From Ascoidea asiatica JCM 7603 (Eukaryota; Fungi; Ascomycota), in contig BCKQ01000002.1 of NCBI GenBank assembly GCA_001600695.1, positions 1,261,184-1,325,183 on the forward strand: a stretch of 64,000 nucleotides of DNA, in the 5' to 3' direction. Within the stretch, counting starts at the first letter, position 1. Each line of letters begins with the position of its first letter. Below are positions 58,933-64,000 of this stretch, one piece after another. Made by a program: the position numbers and the translations under genes. Under the pieces are notes generated by a model. It saw only the letters and a program-made list of their open reading frames with translations, ran no database searches and was not told the DNA's origin.

Positions 58933-60480
58933 TTATAATTTAGATGGATTTAAATCCATATTAAGATGAACAGATTTTGTACGAGTATAAGCTTCAAAAC
59001 CAATATCACCTAATTCATTACCAATTCCACTCATTTTAAATCCAGAGAATGGAACTCTAATATCTTCATCATTACTTGAATTTAAATAAATTGAACCTGC
59101 ATCTAAATTACTTGAAAGATAATGAGCAACTTTAATATTACTTGTAAAAACCATGGCAGCTAAACCATAAATTGAATCATTTGCATAATCTAAAACTTCT
59201 TCTAAAGTTTCAAATTTTATAATTCCAACAACTGGACCAAAAATTTCTTCTTTAATTATTCTCATATCTGGTTTACAATCAATAAAAATTGTTGGATCAA
59301 CATAATAACCTTTTTTATTTTCAATATCATTAATTCTTGATTTTTTACCACCAAGAATTAATTTACCACCTTCTTTAATACCAATATCAATATAATTTAA
59401 AACTTTTTCTTTTTGTATTTTACTTATTAATGGACCAACTTTTGAATTTTCATTAAATGGATCTAAAACTTGATAATTTTCAATAATAAATTTTTTAAAA
59501 TTTATAATAAATTTATCATAAATTTTACTTTGTACAAAAATTCTACTATTTTGGGTACAATTTTGTCCAGAATTATAAATAAATCCAAAACTTGACCATT
59601 TTATAGCTTCATTTAAATCACAATCATTAAATACAATCAATGGAGATTTTCCACCACATTCTAAAGTTATTGCTTTTAAATTTTCAGAAGCTAATTTTGA
59701 AATAATTTTACCAACTTTTGTACTACCAGTAAATGCAATTTTATCAATACCTTTATGTTTTGCAATTAATGAACCTGCAATATTACCAATTCCAGAAATT
59801 ATATTAAAAACACCAGGTGGGAAACCTGCTTTGTGAACTAAAGTCGCAAAATATAATAAAGATAATGGTGTAGATTCTGCACTTTTAATAATTATACAAT
59901 TACCAGAAGCTAAAGCAGGACAAAATTTCCATGAAGCCATTGATAAAGGATAATTAAATGGACAAATTGAACCAACTATACCATAAGGTTCTTGTAAAGT
60001 ATAAGCTAATTTTTTTTCATTTAAAATCATTGTTTTACCTCTAATTTTTTCACACATTCCAGAACTATATCTTAATAATTCAATAACTGCAATAATATCA
60101 GATTTTGAATTAAATTCTTTTGGTTTACCAGAATCTATAGATTCTATTGAACTTAAAATTTCTAAATTTTCTTCAGTTAAATCAGCTAATTTATTAAAAA
60201 TTTTACTTTTTTCATAATTTGAAAAATTTTTCCAAGTTTTTTTAAATGCAAATCTTGCACTTTTTACAGCATAATTTATATCATCTTCTTCAGCAGTATA
60301 AAATTTAGTTATAACTTCTTCAGTTGCAGGATTTATTGTTTCAAAAGTTGAACCTGAAGAAGAGTTTTGCCATTTACCATTAATATATAAACCTATTGGT
60401 TGTTTATAAATTTCTCCAGTTGGTAATTTAATATCAACGAATAATTCATTATCTATTTCAGTTTCTGATTGGTTTTCCAT
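58933..60480 (-). CDS. Cytosolic NAD(P)+ aldehyde dehydrogenase, ALD2/ALD3-like
   Basis: CPFNYP, FTGSTKVG, TLECGGKSP, YNSGQNCT (catalytic Cys in the Ald2/3-type context), EEIFGPV; no presequence. Confidence 0.93.
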   Translation of the reverse strand: MENQSETEIDNELFVDIKLPTGEIYKQPIGLYINGKWQNSSSGSTFETINPATEEVITKFYTAEEDDINYAVKSARFAFKKTWKNFSNYEKSKIFNKLADLTEENLEILSSIESIDSGKPKEFNSKSDIIAVIELLRYSSGMCEKIRGKTMILNEKKLAYTLQEPYGIVGSICPFNYPLSMASWKFCPALASGNCIIIKSAESTPLSLLYFATLVHKAGFPPGVFNIISGIGNIAGSLIAKHKGIDKIAFTGSTKVGKIISKLASENLKAITLECGGKSPLIVFNDCDLNEAIKWSSFGFIYNSGQNCTQNSRIFVQSKIYDKFIINFKKFIIENYQVLDPFNENSKVGPLISKIQKEKVLNYIDIGIKEGGKLILGGKKSRINDIENKKGYYVDPTIFIDCKPDMRIIKEEIFGPVVGIIKFETLEEVLDYANDSIYGLAAMVFTSNIKVAHYLSSNLDAGSIYLNSSNDEDIRVPFSGFKMSGIGNELGDIGFEAYTRTKSVHLNMDLNPSKL

Positions 60481-62222
60481 TTTATTTTAAATTCTAATTA
60501 TATCAATACTATATTCTTGATTACTTTAAGAAGAAAATGAAATTAAAAAATGAAATAAATATATATTTATTTAAATATATTTAAATAAAATTAAATTCAA
60601 TTCTTTTCAAATATTTTCTTTAATTCTCCATAATTTTCACTGGCAGATTGATAAGTGATAATTAAGTGATAAAGCGATGCGAGAAGTATCCAAATGAGGA
60701 AACTGATTCCACCAGATCAAAACCCTGAAGAAAGCCCATAGATCTGGGGTTTCACTAGTCACCTGATTGTAAATATTAAAGAACCATACATATGGTCTCG
60801 GCATAGTCCCGTGATGCAATTTTAAAAGTACCGTATATCTGGTCTCTGTTATTTTTTTTAAAAAAAAGAAACCCCACAAAAGTGGTCTCATCCGGATAAA
60901 TAAGCTCACAAAAGCAACTTTTGCAGCAAAGTCAAAATAAAAGAACAAAGAAAACAGACAAAAAAGAAAGAAAGAAGAGAAAAAATAAAAGAATAAAAGA
61001 ATAAAAAAAATACTGCCAGTTATTTCTATTCAATCAAATTAAATTGACTTGAATTCTTTTTTATTTCTTCAGAAAATTGAGGTATCTTTTATTATCTAAA
61101 CATAACTGTAAGTTTAATTCTGAGGGAAAAAAGAATAAAAAACGTTGAATAATTGTAAATTTGCTCTATTTTGACTTGGAAGTTATGCAAACATGCTTTA
61201 AAGCATCATGTTTTTTAGAACTAAATTTCAATATTACGTAGTCATTACCATATTATCGTCTTATTATCATCATAACATCATCACATTATCACCATATTAT
61301 TTATCGATAAATATTAACAATTAACTTCAAAAGTAATCCAATTGAGATTAGCCAATAAAATAAATAAATTGTTGATTAAAATGTTGACTATTGTTGAAAT
61401 GTTGGCTAAGTATTACACTAGTGTGTAAAATAAATATACTCTTGTTATCATAAATACAAATCTTATCAATAATAAGCTTGAATTTGATCAAGTTTAATAA
61501 TCAAATTCCTCAGATGAAATCATAGCCCATTTAGTAAATATCCATAATATCCTTTATTTTGTATCCTTTATTTGAAAATGAAAAGGAAATGGAAATTGAA
61601 ATTAAAACAAAAATACAATTCATGGAATGTTTGTTTATTACTTATAAAATTGGCTTTTTCGGTACTTTTCTCGTATTCATCGTATTCTTAAACCACTTTT
61701 AATGAATAATTGTAAAATAATATTAAAATAATTGTAAAAAATTTGAATTACTGTTTTTTTTTAATCAATTTCAGTCAATTTCAGTCAATTTCGGTATAAA
61801 TTAATGTCAAATTTGATCATATTTTATAAATTTATTTAAAATTTTATTCTTTCTCTTTTAATCGTTTATTCGATTTCTTTAAACTAAACTTTCCTTTGTT
61901 TGAATTGTAAAAAAAAATTATTAAATTTACTCTTAATATTCGAATTTCATTTCTTTTACATAATTATTAAATAAATTAATATTTAAATACATCATGGTCT
62001 CACTTTTATATTAATTATTTATTTCTTCTTATCTACAATTATATCTATATCTCAATTCATTTCATATCATATCTATTCCAATTCAATTCATCTCAATACT
62101 GTTTAATATAAATTAACTCAAATAACTCCAATATATTTTAATCTATTCTATTACTCATTCAATATATCAATATATCAATATAAATATCAATATAAATATA
62201 CATACCAAGATAATATACAAAA

Positions 62223-62669
62223 ATGATTGAAACTTCAATGATTTATGAGGATAATAATATATTCAATCCAGCAATTATTAAAGTATTTGATTCTAATTTT
62301 ATATTTCAAGATAAAAATGAATTATTTAAATGGATTTTAGATCAATTTACAAGTATAAATTATTTAGTTATAATAATTGAAAATAATAGTAATAGTAATG
62401 AAAATTTAAAGAAAAAACAAATAATAATAAATTCAAATTATAAATTTCATGCAAAATTATCAATATTAATTAAAAAAAAAAAATATAGTTTAAATTTAGA
62501 TAAATCAATTAAAAAATTTACTGCTTATGCTTATAATATTAAAACTCCACTTTTAATAAATTTTAATGGTTTAAAATCAAATGAAATTAAAAATTATTAT
62601 AATTTTAATAAATATAGTAAAATTTTTAAACAAAATGATAAAAATTATATTGTTACTTTTAATTCATAA
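62223..62669 (+). CDS. Hypothetical 148-aa protein with a degenerate AFT/FAR1-like (WRKY-GCM1 fold) segment
   Basis: AAAATG start context. FQDKNELFKWILDQF...LVIIIE resembles Aft FEDKS.IKPWLQKIF...IVIERS; YKFHAKLSILIKKKKYSL resembles CPFRVRATYSLKRKRWSI. Confidence 0.5.
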   Translation: MIETSMIYEDNNIFNPAIIKVFDSNFIFQDKNELFKWILDQFTSINYLVIIIENNSNSNENLKKKQIIINSNYKFHAKLSILIKKKKYSLNLDKSIKKFTAYAYNIKTPLLINFNGLKSNEIKNYYNFNKYSKIFKQNDKNYIVTFNS

Positions 62670-63695
62670 TCAAAATTATTAGTTAAATTTATTGGTTATT
62701 TGCTTTCTAGTTTTTTTATTATTATTATTATATATTTACACTCACTATACTGTATTATACTATATTATACTATATTATACTATAATCATATCTTTGATAT
62801 ATTTGGTATTACAACTGCATTTGCTATAAACTTATTCGGATTAAATTCTTCACAATTTTGCTACTAGAAATGTATTTAGACATAGTTACAGATTAAGACA
62901 CAAATTCAGACATATATTTGGATCTCAATTCCAATTTCAACTTTCGTTTCAAATAAGTTCAGTCTCCTGGTTTCTGGTAATTGAAAATTAAAATAGAACC
63001 CTACAACTTCCAAAAATATATTTCTTTTTTAATGATTAATTAATAGTAGGCTGGTTATTTATTAAAAAGTAAATTCGTATTCTATTTTGATTTCCTATTT
63101 GATTAAAATTACAATCAAATTGAACTAAAGTAAAACAACAATATTTATTTTCCTACTTTCATAAATAATAAATAGATAATATTATAAATAAATACTTAAT
63201 ACTTTCTTATAACGTATATTCGTATGTAAAGTAATTTATGCTACACCTTCTTTTGCAACGCCTTGTGAATTAAAGCCAGTACAGTAATGATACTTCAGAT
63301 ACTTCAGAGACTTAAGCTCTGTTTTGCAATTGTTGAGTTCATCGGGGAAATGAAAAAAAAACGAAAAGGGTCCTCTCTCCACCGCCACAAAGCGCCGCAA
63401 CCTGGCTAAAGAACACCCACATATTTGGCGATAAGTGTTAAAATCCACAAGTATGGATGTAATGCTTGTGAACGTACTAAAGTGTACTAAGAACATTTAA
63501 ATACATATAAATTGGGCCCACAGTGCTGGCTTTTTGAGTTTTGCAGATTTCTGAAATATTTTTTTTTTCTGTGGAGTGAAATTTTGAAATGAAAAAAAAG
63601 ATGAAAATAATCAGAATTCACCAACAGAAGAAGATCAACAAGAAAAAGCTTATCAAGAAGACTAGAAAGAAAAAGTTCAATAGAGAAGAGAAATA

Positions 63696-64000
63696 ATGAC
63701 TGAGATTTTAGCTGGAGGTTCTGCTCCTTTAGATGCTTTGCCTTCTGGTTGTGATATTACTTCTACTCAATCCATTACCAAATATTTAAGATCTTCAAAA
63801 CTTAACTCTTCAAAAGAAATTGAAGATGTTATAAATTTATTAAATTTTTTAATCAATGATATAAATATCTACAATTATGATTCAAAATTAGTGTATTTTC
63901 CAAATAAAGATTTATTTATCTTAGAATTCTTAATAGATAGATTAAATGATTCAAATTCAAAAAAATATTCAAATTTTAAAACTAATTCAAAAATTTATTC
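63696..64000 (+). CDS. URB2: Nucleolar ribosome-biogenesis factor Urb2/Npa2, 5' portion (runs off the window); absent from the ORF track
   Basis: Open frame MTEILAGG...ITKYLRS...VYFPNKDLFILEFLIDRLN..NFKT resembles the Urb2 N-terminus (LSKLLRS...YFPKKEIFVLDLLIDRLN...FKT); RRPE-like TGAAATTTT upstream. Confidence 0.78.
   Translation, partial: MTEILAGGSAPLDALPSGCDITSTQSITKYLRSSKLNSSKEIEDVINLLNFLINDINIYNYDSKLVYFPNKDLFILEFLIDRLNDSNSKKYSNFKTNSKIY

Overview
Extremely AT-rich (roughly 20-25% GC by eye) nuclear DNA of a budding yeast (Saccharomycotina). The evidence is mostly intronless genes, short GTATGT/GTAAGT introns with CTAAY-type branch points, poly-Asn tracts and an intron-containing tRNA-Trp. 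Retention of eIF3e and MZT1 argues against Saccharomyces; I cannot fix the species or the CUG code. Housekeeping genes: FMT1, MZT1, RMD5, ARG1, RPC31, pirin, eIF3e, MRPL8, MIC12, TSC10, GPC1, DJP1-like, SRAP/HMCES, MGR3, an ECM3-like transporter, an amidase, an ALD2/3-like dehydrogenase and the 5' end of URB2. MZT1, MIC12 and SRAP are spliced and are missed or truncated in the ORF track. Most notable: (1) two tandem, highly divergent profilin-fold genes (52.5-54.9 kb) with altered poly-proline-binding residues and distinct promoter motif arrays; (2) a five-gene putative aromatic/xenobiotic catabolic cluster (two FAD monooxygenases, an esterase, a reductase, a Zn2Cys6 factor) at 4.5-16 kb; (3) a ~245-aa insertion splitting the RING finger of Rmd5; (4) a SUMO-like-domain protein without di-Gly; (5) an AFT-like domain lacking Zn ligands; (6) a cryptic spliced small gene with a 6-nt micro-exon. 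All family assignments come from motif recognition and recalled sequences, not database searches.
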